Both the position numbers and the translations under genes were made by a program. Shown here one piece after another: positions 18,480 through 28,793 of a DNA stretch of 64,000 bases. This DNA is from a virus. Its lineage: Duplodnaviria; Caudoviricetes. Below the pieces are notes generated by a model. It did not search any database. It saw only the letters and a list, made by a program, of their open reading frames with translations, and was not told the origin of the DNA. How positions within the stretch are numbered: position 1 is the first letter of the stretch; every line of letters starts with the position of its first letter. Location of the stretch: IMG/VR virus record IMGVR_UViG_3300020411_000002. The stretch is one strand, 5' to 3'.

Positions 18480-20993
18480 TTATGCTTCACCAGATGCTGC
18501 GCTACCACTTCCATAAGTAATGCTGAACGTTGCAGCAGGTCCGAATGCGAAGTCTGTACGATAGACGTAGTAGTCTGTACCACCAATGTTGATTTCAGCA
18601 GGTGAACCAAACTCACCGTCGTTGAGAGAGTGTTTACCCATATCCCAACTACCAGCTTGGTTATTGCCTGTATTGACAATATACAGATAGCCCCAATCTT
18701 TTGGATAAAGAATAAAGCCTTGCTCTTCGTTATTGTCGTTAAGAGGACCTACTGTAATCTCTTCACCAGATGTACCAGTTAGTTCACCACCACCTAACGG
18801 ATTAGAATCAGTTAGTAGATCGTAGAACGCTGGACTTGCGTAGTCTGCTCTATAGTCTTGGATAGGTGCAACACCGTAACGTGGTGAAACATCGCTATCA
18901 GCAACATTAAGTGCAAGCGTATCTTGAACAGTAGTACCGTTCTCAGTATATGTACCTCGAATAGTAACAACCTTGTTACCTGTAACGTCACCAAGAAGAA
19001 CATCGTTATTGTTCACACCAGTAAACGTACTTCCATACGCATTACCAACAAACGAACGGCTAAGACTAGGACTAGTTTTAACGTTTGCTGTACTATTATC
19101 GCTATACGTAACAACGTAAGTAATTATTGCAGTCTGACCCTCAGTGTATTCAGTACCACTATCAGTAGATACTTCAAGAGATACAGGTACAAGTGCGGCA
19201 GCAATGATATCAACGTCTTTAGTTGCAGACATTGTTTGACCTTGAATCTCATGAGAAGCAGAGATTGTTACCTGCTGATCAGAGTCAACATCATTAGCAG
19301 TTAACACACCTGACGATGCAATCGAACCGTATGTATCACCTGCTGTAATTGACCAAGTTGGATCATTAGTAAAGTCCTGAGTAGAACTATCATCGTAAGT
19401 AACACGCAAGCGGTACTGTGAAGTAGTCTGCTCGTTAACAGAGTTCGCACCAACAATTACAGCACTAATAGGTGCTGGTGGGTTATTGATAAGTGCAACG
19501 TCCAAGTTAGCTCGTACTGTATTACCATGTTCAGTAAATTCAGCAGTTAGCCTTACTGAGCGGTCTTGATTGATAGAGCCAGCAGTTAGTTCCTGTCCAT
19601 TCAATGTGCTATATGCATTGCTTGACTGTGCAAACGAATCAGGAGTAAATGGAACAACTTCTGAACCATCATCGTACACAAGCTTAACTGTGTAGTTAGC
19701 CGATTCGCCCTCAGCAAGAGAAGTAGGCCCAATGATTTCTAGTGATTGAATAAGTGGGTCTGTATCAAGAATCGTAACAGTCTTAGATGCAGTAACTTCA
19801 ACACCGTCATACGTATAAGACGCATCAAGAACAGTAGTCTTGTCACCACCATTAACTTCTTTAGCCGTAAGTAAGGCAGTACCGTTAATAGTAGCATAGT
19901 TAGTTTGACTACTTGTAATACTATCAGCAATAACGTCCTGAGTAGAGTTGTCGTTAAACGTAGCACGGACAACATACTGGAACGTTGTATTTTCGTCGAT
20001 AGCATTATCACCAACAATTTCTAAACCAACTACTTCAAGACCTACAGAAACCTGAACGTTATGAGTATCAGTAACTGTGATTCCATCTTCTGTATACGAA
20101 GCGCTTAAAACCACCTGCGTATTTGAAGTAACATTATTGGTAGTAAAGTCACCTTGTACATTGATAGAAGATATAGAAGTATTAGACGTAGTAAACGAGT
20201 TCGGCTGTACTTGGGCAGTAGTTCCATCAGCGTAGTATGCTGTCACTGTAAATACTGCGGAATCTTGCTCTGGTACATTGGTAGGTCCGTTAATAGAGAT
20301 ACCAATCAGTGAACGGTCGATTTCTACCATATCGTCCTCAGTCGGAAACTTCCAAATAGCAATCCATTCGTTTGGATTGCTTTCACTCTGACCGATAATG
20401 AATAACATCATACCTTGCTGCGGCGGCGCTGACGTAGAAACAAGAGCATAATCATTAGCATTAATTTTAATCTTGGTTCTTGGATAGTCGGGGTGCGTAT
20501 GGAAAGTAGGATACCGATCATCTGAGTTACGTGGGTCTTCAATTGAAACGACACGAGACTCAGCTTCTTCTGCGCTAAGTACAACCAAACCATGCTTATT
20601 TCTTGCAGCAGGACCTGTAGGCTCTGCGTCTGTAGTAATACCATGCAAGCGAGGGTCTTCTACTACTGGTGAGTAATACTGGTCAGGAGTCCATAGATCT
20701 GCATACGCTTGAATCTCTTCCCATGAATTTTTATAGAAGCCTGTATCAGCGTGACTGATACGCTTCAATGCTTTCTGATAAGCTGGATGTTCAGGGTCAG
20801 CAGGCAACCAAATAACGTTATATGGAAGTTGACTGAATGTAGGTTCAAAGAAAGAAACTACCACAATAAACAATCTGTTTGGGCGTGAACGCTCTGGCTG
20901 TATCTCAAACTTAATAGGAGTATCAGGTGCTACGTTTCGATAACCTGCAAGTGTAAGATAATTACTGATAAAATCAATTAATTGTTGATCCAT
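18480..20993 (-). CDS. Putative tail fibre with five tandem Ig-like (Big_2-like) domains
   Basis: Five ~90-aa repeats (I.G...V.E.....Y.V...Y.D.S...V); N-terminal module shared with 21350..22075 and 22088..22732. Confidence 0.75.
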   Translation of the reverse strand: MDQQLIDFISNYLTLAGYRNVAPDTPIKFEIQPERSRPNRLFIVVVSFFEPTFSQLPYNVIWLPADPEHPAYQKALKRISHADTGFYKNSWEEIQAYADLWTPDQYYSPVVEDPRLHGITTDAEPTGPAARNKHGLVVLSAEEAESRVVSIEDPRNSDDRYPTFHTHPDYPRTKIKINANDYALVSTSAPPQQGMMLFIIGQSESNPNEWIAIWKFPTEDDMVEIDRSLIGISINGPTNVPEQDSAVFTVTAYYADGTTAQVQPNSFTTSNTSISSINVQGDFTTNNVTSNTQVVLSASYTEDGITVTDTHNVQVSVGLEVVGLEIVGDNAIDENTTFQYVVRATFNDNSTQDVIADSITSSQTNYATINGTALLTAKEVNGGDKTTVLDASYTYDGVEVTASKTVTILDTDPLIQSLEIIGPTSLAEGESANYTVKLVYDDGSEVVPFTPDSFAQSSNAYSTLNGQELTAGSINQDRSVRLTAEFTEHGNTVRANLDVALINNPPAPISAVIVGANSVNEQTTSQYRLRVTYDDSSTQDFTNDPTWSITAGDTYGSIASSGVLTANDVDSDQQVTISASHEIQGQTMSATKDVDIIAAALVPVSLEVSTDSGTEYTEGQTAIITYVVTYSDNSTANVKTSPSLSRSFVGNAYGSTFTGVNNNDVLLGDVTGNKVVTIRGTYTENGTTVQDTLALNVADSDVSPRYGVAPIQDYRADYASPAFYDLLTDSNPLGGGELTGTSGEEITVGPLNDNNEEQGFILYPKDWGYLYIVNTGNNQAGSWDMGKHSLNDGEFGSPAEINIGGTDYYVYRTDFAFGPAATFSITYGSGSAASGEA

Positions 20994-21340
20994 TATTCTT
21001 CTCCCTCAGCGACCTGAAAAGATTGAATGATATCAACGGTGGTAACTCCATCAGTTAATATACATCTTAAATCTACAGTTCCGGGTTGGTCAAACGTTAC
21101 GTCAAAGTACTCTGCTTCTACGTGCGTAGGATTGTCAGGTAGTGGAACGTTGATAGGTGGACCGTATTCAATACTGGCTTTCATATCTACTACTGACATA
21201 TCTGTAGGATTGAACCAGCCTACAAAGTGCATTTCGTTTTGATCGTTTTCTCCCCAAATAGGCATGAGAACACGTTTAGTTGTACCGAGTGGAATCTTGT
21301 CAGGATGACTGACTCCGTATCGAGTTGTTGTACTTGGCAT
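20993..21340 (-). CDS. Hypothetical protein (tail module)
   Basis: 115-aa beta-rich ORF coupled to the downstream gene. Confidence 0.75.
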   Translation of the reverse strand: MPSTTTRYGVSHPDKIPLGTTKRVLMPIWGENDQNEMHFVGWFNPTDMSVVDMKASIEYGPPINVPLPDNPTHVEAEYFDVTFDQPGTVDLRCILTDGVTTVDIIQSFQVAEGEE

Positions 21341-21349
21341 GGTAGCTCC

Positions 21350-22075
21350 CTACGCTAAAACAATATCAGCAGATACAATAGAGTAACCAGACAAGCTATC
21401 GGCGCGTGACGGGTTATCTTTGTCTAACTCAGTTACCGCAGGATAGATTTGATTAGTAGTCAATCCATTCCATGCGCTATCTCCTAAGAAGTCTGCCAAT
21501 GCAGTACCACCTTCTACAGGAGCCCCATTCGAAATAACTACAGCGCGTCCTGTAGTTGCCAGTCTTGTTGCTGGAACTTCATCATGCATTTCATCATGCG
21601 GAAGTGGATAACGCGAATCACTAAGAGTAGGGTCGCCCTCAGTAATAACAACAGGGTCTCCTGGGTTAGTTGATGCAACTGTTAGTCGAACAGTACCAAG
21701 CGTACTAGAACTAGCTTCTTCTGTAGTAGGCAGAAGATTATCTTGTGGGTCCCAGAATTGTTCGTCCCACAATTCGTCGAATGTATTAACTTTGTTCCAA
21801 GTATGGTTGAACGTACCTGTACTTGGAGTAGCCTTTGATTCACGGCGATACATGGTTAAATAGTCAGAGCGCGAACTGTCAAACTGAATCCAAAGAACAT
21901 TCAAAGGAAGTTGCATTTCATGAGGTTCAGTTTTAGAAGCTACAATTGTAGTAGTCTTCAATATAGTCGGGTTCGTCTTTCTAACTACGATAGGTGTATT
22001 ATGTTCAGAGATATTGGTATACGACATAATTCCCAAAACATAATCACGTAGTTTTTGTGATTGAGCGTCAGCCAT
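21350..22075 (-). CDS. Putative short fibre-type structural protein
   Basis: LP.NV.W, G.VRL, GD..LSD.R.P..H motifs shared with 18480 and 22088. Confidence 0.7.
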   Translation of the reverse strand: MADAQSQKLRDYVLGIMSYTNISEHNTPIVVRKTNPTILKTTTIVASKTEPHEMQLPLNVLWIQFDSSRSDYLTMYRRESKATPSTGTFNHTWNKVNTFDELWDEQFWDPQDNLLPTTEEASSSTLGTVRLTVASTNPGDPVVITEGDPTLSDSRYPLPHDEMHDEVPATRLATTGRAVVISNGAPVEGGTALADFLGDSAWNGLTTNQIYPAVTELDKDNPSRADSLSGYSIVSADIVLA

Positions 22076-22087
22076 AGGAATACCTTA

Positions 22088-22732
22088 TTAAGTTAAATCG
22101 TCAGGTTTGATTTTACGCCAAACCAAATCACCAGCATCATCAAAAAGAAGTGCTGCGCCTACTTCTGGAACGCTATCAATAATATTAGCGTGACCTGTAG
22201 CGTGAGCCAACATAGTAGCAGGACTTTCTTCGTGTGTATGCGCTTTGGGTGTACGAGAGTTAGAAAGACGTTCATCGCCTTCCACAATAGCAACTGGATA
22301 ATCACTATCGATTGGGTCTATGCTGAGTCGTACTTTACCTAGTGCTTCTGTAGTAGCAAAAGGAACTGGACTAACACCAACAAGTGTTAAGTCACTTGGG
22401 TCATACACCTGCTCTTCAAGAACATCTTCATAGAAGTATAGAACTTCCCAATCTTGCGTAATGTTTTCAGATTGAAAAATACCAGGGTCTTTAGATATTC
22501 TACGAAGTGCTTTACGGTACAACATACTGTCAGGCCTAAAGCATATCCACACGACGTTCATAGGAAGAACCATATTAATAGGCTCTCCCTGCGCACATAC
22601 AATAGCGTATGTGCGATTAGTTGAAACGTCGGTATGTCGCATAACAATAGGTGTATCTTCGGATTGCTCATTGATACCCGACAACTTCTCTAAGTTATAG
22701 ATAAGTTGTTCGAGCTTATATTCCATACCCAT
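22088..22732 (-). CDS. Putative short fibre-type structural protein
   Basis: LPMNVVW, GKVRLS, GDERLSNSRTPKAHTH; paralogous N-terminal module. Confidence 0.7.
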   Translation of the reverse strand: MGMEYKLEQLIYNLEKLSGINEQSEDTPIVMRHTDVSTNRTYAIVCAQGEPINMVLPMNVVWICFRPDSMLYRKALRRISKDPGIFQSENITQDWEVLYFYEDVLEEQVYDPSDLTLVGVSPVPFATTEALGKVRLSIDPIDSDYPVAIVEGDERLSNSRTPKAHTHEESPATMLAHATGHANIIDSVPEVGAALLFDDAGDLVWRKIKPDDLT

Positions 22733-22742
22733 AAAATTTACC

Positions 22743-24386
22743 TTATAGTGTTGCGCGTGAACCAGTTGGATTCACATTGAACGTTACGTGAATTCGCTTA
22801 GCCGCGATAACAGGGTCCATTACCATATCTAGAACTAGATCACCATTGGCAATTGTATCGTTAGTGTTGTTTCGTTCATCACAAATGTTCTGATACTCGT
22901 AAACACCACGACCTAAACGAATAGGTTCTAGAATTGAATCAGCAATACCACGAATTCTATCACGTAGTAACTGATCGTTTGGACGGAACACGCCGCGTAG
23001 TGCTGAACGCTGTGCAGTTTTAAGAACGTAGTTTACTAGGCGAACAACGTTAACGTACTGGAATGCAGTTGCATCTTTCTGAGTAGTTTGTTGTCCCCAA
23101 ATAACGTAACCGCCACCACGAGGCATTTTGCGAATTGGATTGATTTGAGCCATATCCAATGCATCACGCGCACCTTGGTCATAGTGAACACGAGTACCAA
23201 GAATTTCAAGAGTACCTAGTTCAATACCAGCAGGGGCAAACCATAGCGCACGATTGTTATCTGCTTTCGCAAACGATGCCGCTACATAACCGCTTGGTGG
23301 TACGTATAGTTCCAAGTCATTAACCGAATCGTATACGAGAACGTCACTTCCATAAATAGCACTAGCACGGCTAGACATATTAAGAATGTTGTTCTTGTAG
23401 TTAATCGCGTCTGCTACTTCTTGCTTATCGCTAGGTAAGTCTAGGATAGCAACACTATCGCCACGACCTAAAGAGATTTCATTTAATGCATGATGTACAG
23501 TGTGGTGAGTATATCCGCAGTTAACAAGAATATCGATATCGACTTCTTCTGGGTCGCTGTAATGCTCTTGCCAAGCTTCGATGATTTGATCGTTAGTTAC
23601 TGGAAGACCGTCGCTACCGCCGTCTAGAACAATGCTAGCTTTAGATACGATTTGGAATTCTGAACACAGGTCATTGTTCTTAACGCGAATCAGTTTAGAC
23701 TTCTTGTTAATAACATCTTCGATGAATAGCTGATTGCCTTCTTCATCAACTTCATGATGACGAGTAACAAGAAACGATTCATCAGGACGCGTCTGACCTG
23801 TAGCTTTAGCAGCAAACACATCTACGTAGAAGTGTAATGGGTTATGACCGTTACCACGAATAGCAACACCAGCAGGATTAGATGGACGTACTTGAACTAC
23901 GACACCGTTGTTCCATTCACCTGGGTCAGCAGCACAGAAGTACGCTACCAAGTTAGAAACGCCTGGAGTTGTTGGGGTAAAGCCAAGTGTATTAAGAGGA
24001 TCTTCGATGCCTTCTGGATCATTCGTTGTTTGATTAGTCCAGTTACTCATTGCCAACTGAGGGTTCTGAGCATTAACATCGTCAACTGTAAGGTAAGTAC
24101 CGGCTGTCAGCGCTTTGTTAACTACACGAGTTACATAGCACATGCTAGACTGGTAAAGGAAAGGTTCAACTGAATAGTACATATAACCAAATTCAGGACC
24201 GCCAGCACCAAATTGTGCTTTATAGTCTGCGAAATCAGTTACCAATGTACGTTGACCTACAGGGCCGCGTGGTGCGCCGCCAACAAATGCTGCAATAGAG
24301 CTTGGAGCATTTGCAGGGCGTTCACTTAAATCTTTGATATAAGTGTATACCCCGTAAGCTGGATTAGATGGATTTATGATAGACAT
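22743..24386 (-). CDS. Contractile tail sheath protein
   Basis: Y.GVY..I.D.S, IAAFVGGAPRGP, A..PG.W.N, LDGGSDG, LWFAPAG, INPI, IWGQ.T, YVNVVRL, VFRPND, C-terminal YQNICDERNN. Confidence 0.97.
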   Translation of the reverse strand: MSIINPSNPAYGVYTYIKDLSERPANAPSSIAAFVGGAPRGPVGQRTLVTDFADYKAQFGAGGPEFGYMYYSVEPFLYQSSMCYVTRVVNKALTAGTYLTVDDVNAQNPQLAMSNWTNQTTNDPEGIEDPLNTLGFTPTTPGVSNLVAYFCAADPGEWNNGVVVQVRPSNPAGVAIRGNGHNPLHFYVDVFAAKATGQTRPDESFLVTRHHEVDEEGNQLFIEDVINKKSKLIRVKNNDLCSEFQIVSKASIVLDGGSDGLPVTNDQIIEAWQEHYSDPEEVDIDILVNCGYTHHTVHHALNEISLGRGDSVAILDLPSDKQEVADAINYKNNILNMSSRASAIYGSDVLVYDSVNDLELYVPPSGYVAASFAKADNNRALWFAPAGIELGTLEILGTRVHYDQGARDALDMAQINPIRKMPRGGGYVIWGQQTTQKDATAFQYVNVVRLVNYVLKTAQRSALRGVFRPNDQLLRDRIRGIADSILEPIRLGRGVYEYQNICDERNNTNDTIANGDLVLDMVMDPVIAAKRIHVTFNVNPTGSRATL

Positions 24387-24405
24387 AATTACTCCCTAAA
24401 AGGAC

Positions 24406-24441
24406 TATATAAAGGCTGAATTTCACAGCAATCTTTATATA
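24406..24441 (-). promoter_or_regulatory. Imperfect hairpin upstream of the tail sheath RBS
   Basis: TATATAAAG-GCTG...CAGC-(AAT)-CTTTATATA inverted repeat; no U-tract follows on the coding strand. Confidence 0.45.
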
Positions 24442-24474
24442 AAATTATAAAACTTTAAGAGAGTAAGTAAACCG

Positions 24475-25341
24475 TTATTCAAAGAAATCGAAAGAAGAAT
24501 CAGGCTCAGCAGGGTTTGGTATATCCATTTCTACATCAAATTCGAAATAGCCACCTTTTAAATCTTTAATCTTTCTTTCGTATTCTTTGATTTTGCTTTT
24601 ATAGAACTGAATTGTTTCTTTAAGAATAGAGCGATACAAACCAGAAGCAGGAACTGAACCGTTTTGAAGGTACATAGTAATAACAAAATAGAATTCATCT
24701 TGTTTAAATTCTGATATCTCGTACTCTACGTTTTTCAATTCTGTTTGAAGAGAGATAACCCTAGCTTCAAGTTCTTCGTATGCAGTTAGTTCCGCAGGTT
24801 GGAGTCGGCGAGCTTCTGCAATTGCTCTTGCTCTATCCGACTTATTCTTTACACGCTCCCATATTTGTTCAAGAGCATGTATGTCTAAAACTGAGTATGC
24901 ACCTTTAGCTTCATAGTAGTAATTAACTAGCGGGCTATTCGGGTCAATTTTATCAGGATGGGTTCTGTTTGATATCTTGTAGAATAGTTTCTTACAAAGC
25001 TTTTTGACTTTTGCGTTAGGCTTATGAACTACATCATCCAGTCTATCTATATCTTTTTGATATTCTTCACGTTTACGACTTCTACGCTTATCAGTATCAG
25101 AAGCAACCTGCAACTCCCTGAGAAGTCTTTCAAACTCGTCGTAAGTGTCCATGTAAATTGCTTTGAAGCGCTCAGACGTTTCAATGTCTTCCGTACTGTA
25201 AGGTGTAACGGCTTCTACTACTTCTGTTTTAATCGAAGCTAGCTTTTCCAATTCATCATAGGCTTTATCGATTTTGAGTTTAAGAGTTGCTTCGTCTAGA
25301 CCGTTAAAGTCTTTAGGAACATATACAACAGGAAGAGTCAC
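24475..25341 (-). CDS. J-domain (DnaJ-like, HPD motif) protein
   Basis: KKLFYKISNRTHPDK...YYEAKGAY, with HPD at 24952-24960, between coiled coils; start moved to GTG 25341 with GGAGA upstream. Confidence 0.75.
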   Translation of the reverse strand: MTLPVVYVPKDFNGLDEATLKLKIDKAYDELEKLASIKTEVVEAVTPYSTEDIETSERFKAIYMDTYDEFERLLRELQVASDTDKRRSRKREEYQKDIDRLDDVVHKPNAKVKKLCKKLFYKISNRTHPDKIDPNSPLVNYYYEAKGAYSVLDIHALEQIWERVKNKSDRARAIAEARRLQPAELTAYEELEARVISLQTELKNVEYEISEFKQDEFYFVITMYLQNGSVPASGLYRSILKETIQFYKSKIKEYERKIKDLKGGYFEFDVEMDIPNPAEPDSSFDFFE

Positions 25342-25396
25342 ATTAGTCTCCAATATAGTTAAAGGAGGCAAACGCCTCCTAATCAATTTAAGCAGT

Positions 25397-25585
25397 CTAG
25401 CGATTAAGCTGACCGATATCTTTCGACAGCAAAGCGCTTATGTCTTCTGGTACTTCGTTTCGTACATGCAGATGCTTTCGCAACCAAGCAAGGTTTGCAC
25501 CGTGCTTGTCTACAACTCTACGATTACTAGGTATGTCTAATTTTTTGTTTTGTAAGAATGCGTTTAGACGTTCCAGCTCACTCAT
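25397..25585 (-). CDS. Hypothetical protein
   Basis: 62-aa ORF with AAGGA RBS. Confidence 0.7.
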   Translation of the reverse strand: MSELERLNAFLQNKKLDIPSNRRVVDKHGANLAWLRKHLHVRNEVPEDISALLSKDIGQLNR

Positions 25586-25589
25586 TGAT

Positions 25590-26483
25590 TTATTTTCCTT
25601 TTTCCTTGTAGTGAAGTTCTACTGTGTTAGAAGACAATGCAACAGGATACACCTCTTCTAGTTCAACAGTAGACTCGATTAAGGTAACATTATTGATACC
25701 TGTAATTATACCCTCAACTGCGTATACAGATATGGGCAAATCTTGTTGAGTAAGAACTTTCCAAGCCTCTAAAGCTTTGAACACTTCTTTAGATCTATCT
25801 TCATAAGAAATCTTGATAGTGTTGTTCTTATAAGAAACCTGAGAATGCGAAATAATATCAAGACTCGTATAACCTAGAGACTCTACCAAATAAGCAGGCA
25901 TCTTAGTAGTAATAACCGCACCATCCTTGATCTTACTTTCTTGAATACAAGCCACAAGAGAAAAGTATTCAGTTAGTGCAAAAGAAGGAGTTTCTTCTGA
26001 GTACTTGCTATAAAGGTGGTCAACAAGGTCTGGAATGTCCATTTTGAGTTTAGACTGAATAAGTTCAAACTCTTTAGAACTGCTACGTTTAGATAACATG
26101 GTTTCCATGCTGTTCTTCCAAGCCTGTTCTTTAGTTCCTAGATTAGACTCGATTACTTCTTTTGCAGTAGCACCGCCGTACACGCCTTCTGATTTAAAGT
26201 AAGACAAAGCAATGTCTGGAACATCACTATGAGAACCACCATCAACTTGAACTTTACGAGCCTCTAACATGGCTTCGTTTATCCAAAGACGTTCATACTC
26301 TTCGGGAGTTACGTAGTCTTTAATGGGAAGTGGGCTGCGCATACTGTGAACATATCGGTAGTAGTAAACACCAAAAGGTTTAATACGATGTTCTTGTATT
26401 TGCTTACTTGCCAAGTCAAAAGAGAAGAAGTTTAAACCGAATAAGCCTGCTCTTGCTTTATAGAAGACGTTTACTTTTTTCAT
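25590..26483 (-). CDS. Hypothetical protein
   Basis: 297-aa ORF in the replication operon; no motif recognised. Confidence 0.8.
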   Translation of the reverse strand: MKKVNVFYKARAGLFGLNFFSFDLASKQIQEHRIKPFGVYYYRYVHSMRSPLPIKDYVTPEEYERLWINEAMLEARKVQVDGGSHSDVPDIALSYFKSEGVYGGATAKEVIESNLGTKEQAWKNSMETMLSKRSSSKEFELIQSKLKMDIPDLVDHLYSKYSEETPSFALTEYFSLVACIQESKIKDGAVITTKMPAYLVESLGYTSLDIISHSQVSYKNNTIKISYEDRSKEVFKALEAWKVLTQQDLPISVYAVEGIITGINNVTLIESTVELEEVYPVALSSNTVELHYKEKGK

Positions 26484-27106
26484 TATATATCCAAATTTAA
26501 AGAACCAATTTTATTCTGAGGACCTATACGTATAGCATGGTTTAATTGCATATACAGTCTCTTGCTAAAGAACTCAACTGGGTTGTTACCTGAGTGTACT
26601 ACGATTCGCGGTATTTTATCGAAGTACGTTAAAATGTCTCTTAGTGTTTCTATTCTTTGAGGAGTAGAGTCATCGGTGACATTGCTTAAAATTAGAAGAG
26701 AAGGCTTCTGATCACGTATCTTATCTATATAGCCGTAAGAAGTATCGGAGTACATTCTATACCAGAGTGGCTTACTTCTGCATTTGCTTTCAGGGTCAGT
26801 GTAATCAAATGCCGCACTTTCCATTACAGTTGCTGCAAAACACTTAGCGCGTAAATCAGATGGATAACTGTTTACACAGGCGATAGTAGGTTCAGATAGA
26901 GGGTCAGATATTAGCTTCTTCGCGGAAGTTAACTGCTGGGCTACTGAGATAATGTTAGACTTTATATCTTCTCGAATTACAGGTTTAAACTGTACTAAAC
27001 TTTCTTCCAGTTCAAACTTGATTGAAGAGCCTTGCAGGACAGAGTTATCTAGACCTCTAGCCTGCATTATTTTTAGTATGTGCTTATCGTATTTAAAAGT
27101 AATCAT
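26483..27106 (-). CDS. Hypothetical protein, possibly a degenerate DnaC/IstB-like AAA+ protein
   Basis: KPSLLILSNV...STPQRIETLRDIL...PRIVV resembles the Walker B-to-sensor region of DnaC/IstB; no canonical Walker A. Confidence 0.4.
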   Translation of the reverse strand: MITFKYDKHILKIMQARGLDNSVLQGSSIKFELEESLVQFKPVIREDIKSNIISVAQQLTSAKKLISDPLSEPTIACVNSYPSDLRAKCFAATVMESAAFDYTDPESKCRSKPLWYRMYSDTSYGYIDKIRDQKPSLLILSNVTDDSTPQRIETLRDILTYFDKIPRIVVHSGNNPVEFFSKRLYMQLNHAIRIGPQNKIGSLNLDI

Positions 27107-27125
27107 AGACTCTATTTACAGTATT

Positions 27126-28793
27126 TTACCAACTACGCAATAACGGCTTTTCCATGGGCTTTGACTTTGCTTTCTTTTGCTTGCGTGTCTTAGCCATTGT
27201 CTCTAACTCGCGAATTTCACTTTCAGAGTATTCAGAATAGTCAACGTTGTGTTTTCCATACTCATTGCCTGTCATACCTACGTTTTCAGAATACCAGTCA
27301 AGTGCTTGTCTGCTAAACTTGAAACCTAAGTTGTTGCTGTGTCTCCAAGTAGACTTAAAACAACCAATAGACTGACCTAGTTCTGGGTCAACAAACATTC
27401 TAATGATTGGTGATTGCTTTGGTACGTCTTCCGATGCAGGAGTTAGAATACGAGAAGATTCCTGTTCCCACTTTGGTTCGTTAGACATAGGCATACCGTA
27501 GTAATGCGTGTCCCATCTTGGTACGTTCAAACCCACCTGCAATAAGCTACGAGTACCACACACTAATCGAATAGTACCTGAACGAGCATCATCAAGAATT
27601 TGTTCACGTAAGTCTTTATGCTTCTTAGTAGCGCCTCCAACAAACTGGGCTGCAATAGTACTACCCCAAGCATTGTTAATTGTTTTAACTATTTCATCAG
27701 AGTGATAAACAGTATAGACAGGAAACACAATAGACCGATTAGCTTCTAGGTCTTTCAGAAGCATATCTATAATCATATCGTTACGTTTCTTGTGAGTTGC
27801 TAGGAAACGCATTGCACCAGTCCAAGCGCTAGGATGTTTACTTTGATAAGCGCGTTTGTTTTTAGGTACTACTTTATGAGTTTCATGAACATAGATAGTT
27901 GGTGTCATAGTTTCTATCTTTGCTTCTGCAACCGTAGGACCTACAAGCTCACGTACAAGATAATGTTTTTTATCTTTTCGTTTATCAGTAGCAGTACAAC
28001 CACCTTTAAACTTGGTACGAACTGAGCTAACTAGTCTAGAGAATTCTGAGGCGTTTGCCTTTTGAATTTCATCTATCCATAGAGTACCAAAGTTTTCGTT
28101 CAACCACTTCTTACGCTTCTTGCCGTTCTTGTCACTAATCAATGACTGATACGTCATGATGCCAATTTGAAACTCTTCGAAGTCAGACTTTGAATTCATC
28201 CAACCGTAAAGCTTCTTGCCGTACTTCTCTTCAAGCTGAGGCAGATTGGTATGCGCTACGATTTCTTTTAAGAAGTTATTCAGATAGTCACGCTGGTCAG
28301 CAACAATAACCATACGCCTACCCATCTTTATACCGATAGCAATTGAAGTAACTGTCTTACCAGTACGAGGCGGAGCTTTGATAATACCATGCTTTGCTTC
28401 TGCCCAGTCTTCTACTAAAGGAATCTGCTTTTCACGTAAAGAACCCGTAAACTTGACGGGAACTGTGAACTTCTTATCAGTACGTAAATCAACTACTTTG
28501 AATTGACTATACTCGATTCCAAATTTGTCTTCGATTTTTAAACGGTCACCGATAGGTAGTGCTGCATAAGTAACACCTTTATGAACGTGAGTAGACCAAG
28601 TTCTAGTGCAACCTAAGTATCCACCTAATTCGCACGACGCACACTCTTCGGTAAATCTAATACGTCTAAATTCGCAGTCTTTGCAAATCATATCATCATA
28701 ACGGTGGTGGTCATAATGCTTTTTCAAATCTTCGTCATCAATGTAATCGATAGGGATATACATCTTTGCGCGTAGATAAATCTTATCGCTCAT
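27126..28793 (-). CDS. Superfamily 2 DNA helicase (UvsW/ResIII-like)
   Basis: LREKQ, APPRTGKT (I), WIDEIQ (II), CTAT (III), LQVGLNVP (V), EQESSRIL (VI); N-terminal C..C/C..C zinc motif. Confidence 0.92.
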   Translation of the reverse strand: MSDKIYLRAKMYIPIDYIDDEDLKKHYDHHRYDDMICKDCEFRRIRFTEECASCELGGYLGCTRTWSTHVHKGVTYAALPIGDRLKIEDKFGIEYSQFKVVDLRTDKKFTVPVKFTGSLREKQIPLVEDWAEAKHGIIKAPPRTGKTVTSIAIGIKMGRRMVIVADQRDYLNNFLKEIVAHTNLPQLEEKYGKKLYGWMNSKSDFEEFQIGIMTYQSLISDKNGKKRKKWLNENFGTLWIDEIQKANASEFSRLVSSVRTKFKGGCTATDKRKDKKHYLVRELVGPTVAEAKIETMTPTIYVHETHKVVPKNKRAYQSKHPSAWTGAMRFLATHKKRNDMIIDMLLKDLEANRSIVFPVYTVYHSDEIVKTINNAWGSTIAAQFVGGATKKHKDLREQILDDARSGTIRLVCGTRSLLQVGLNVPRWDTHYYGMPMSNEPKWEQESSRILTPASEDVPKQSPIIRMFVDPELGQSIGCFKSTWRHSNNLGFKFSRQALDWYSENVGMTGNEYGKHNVDYSEYSESEIRELETMAKTRKQKKAKSKPMEKPLLRSW

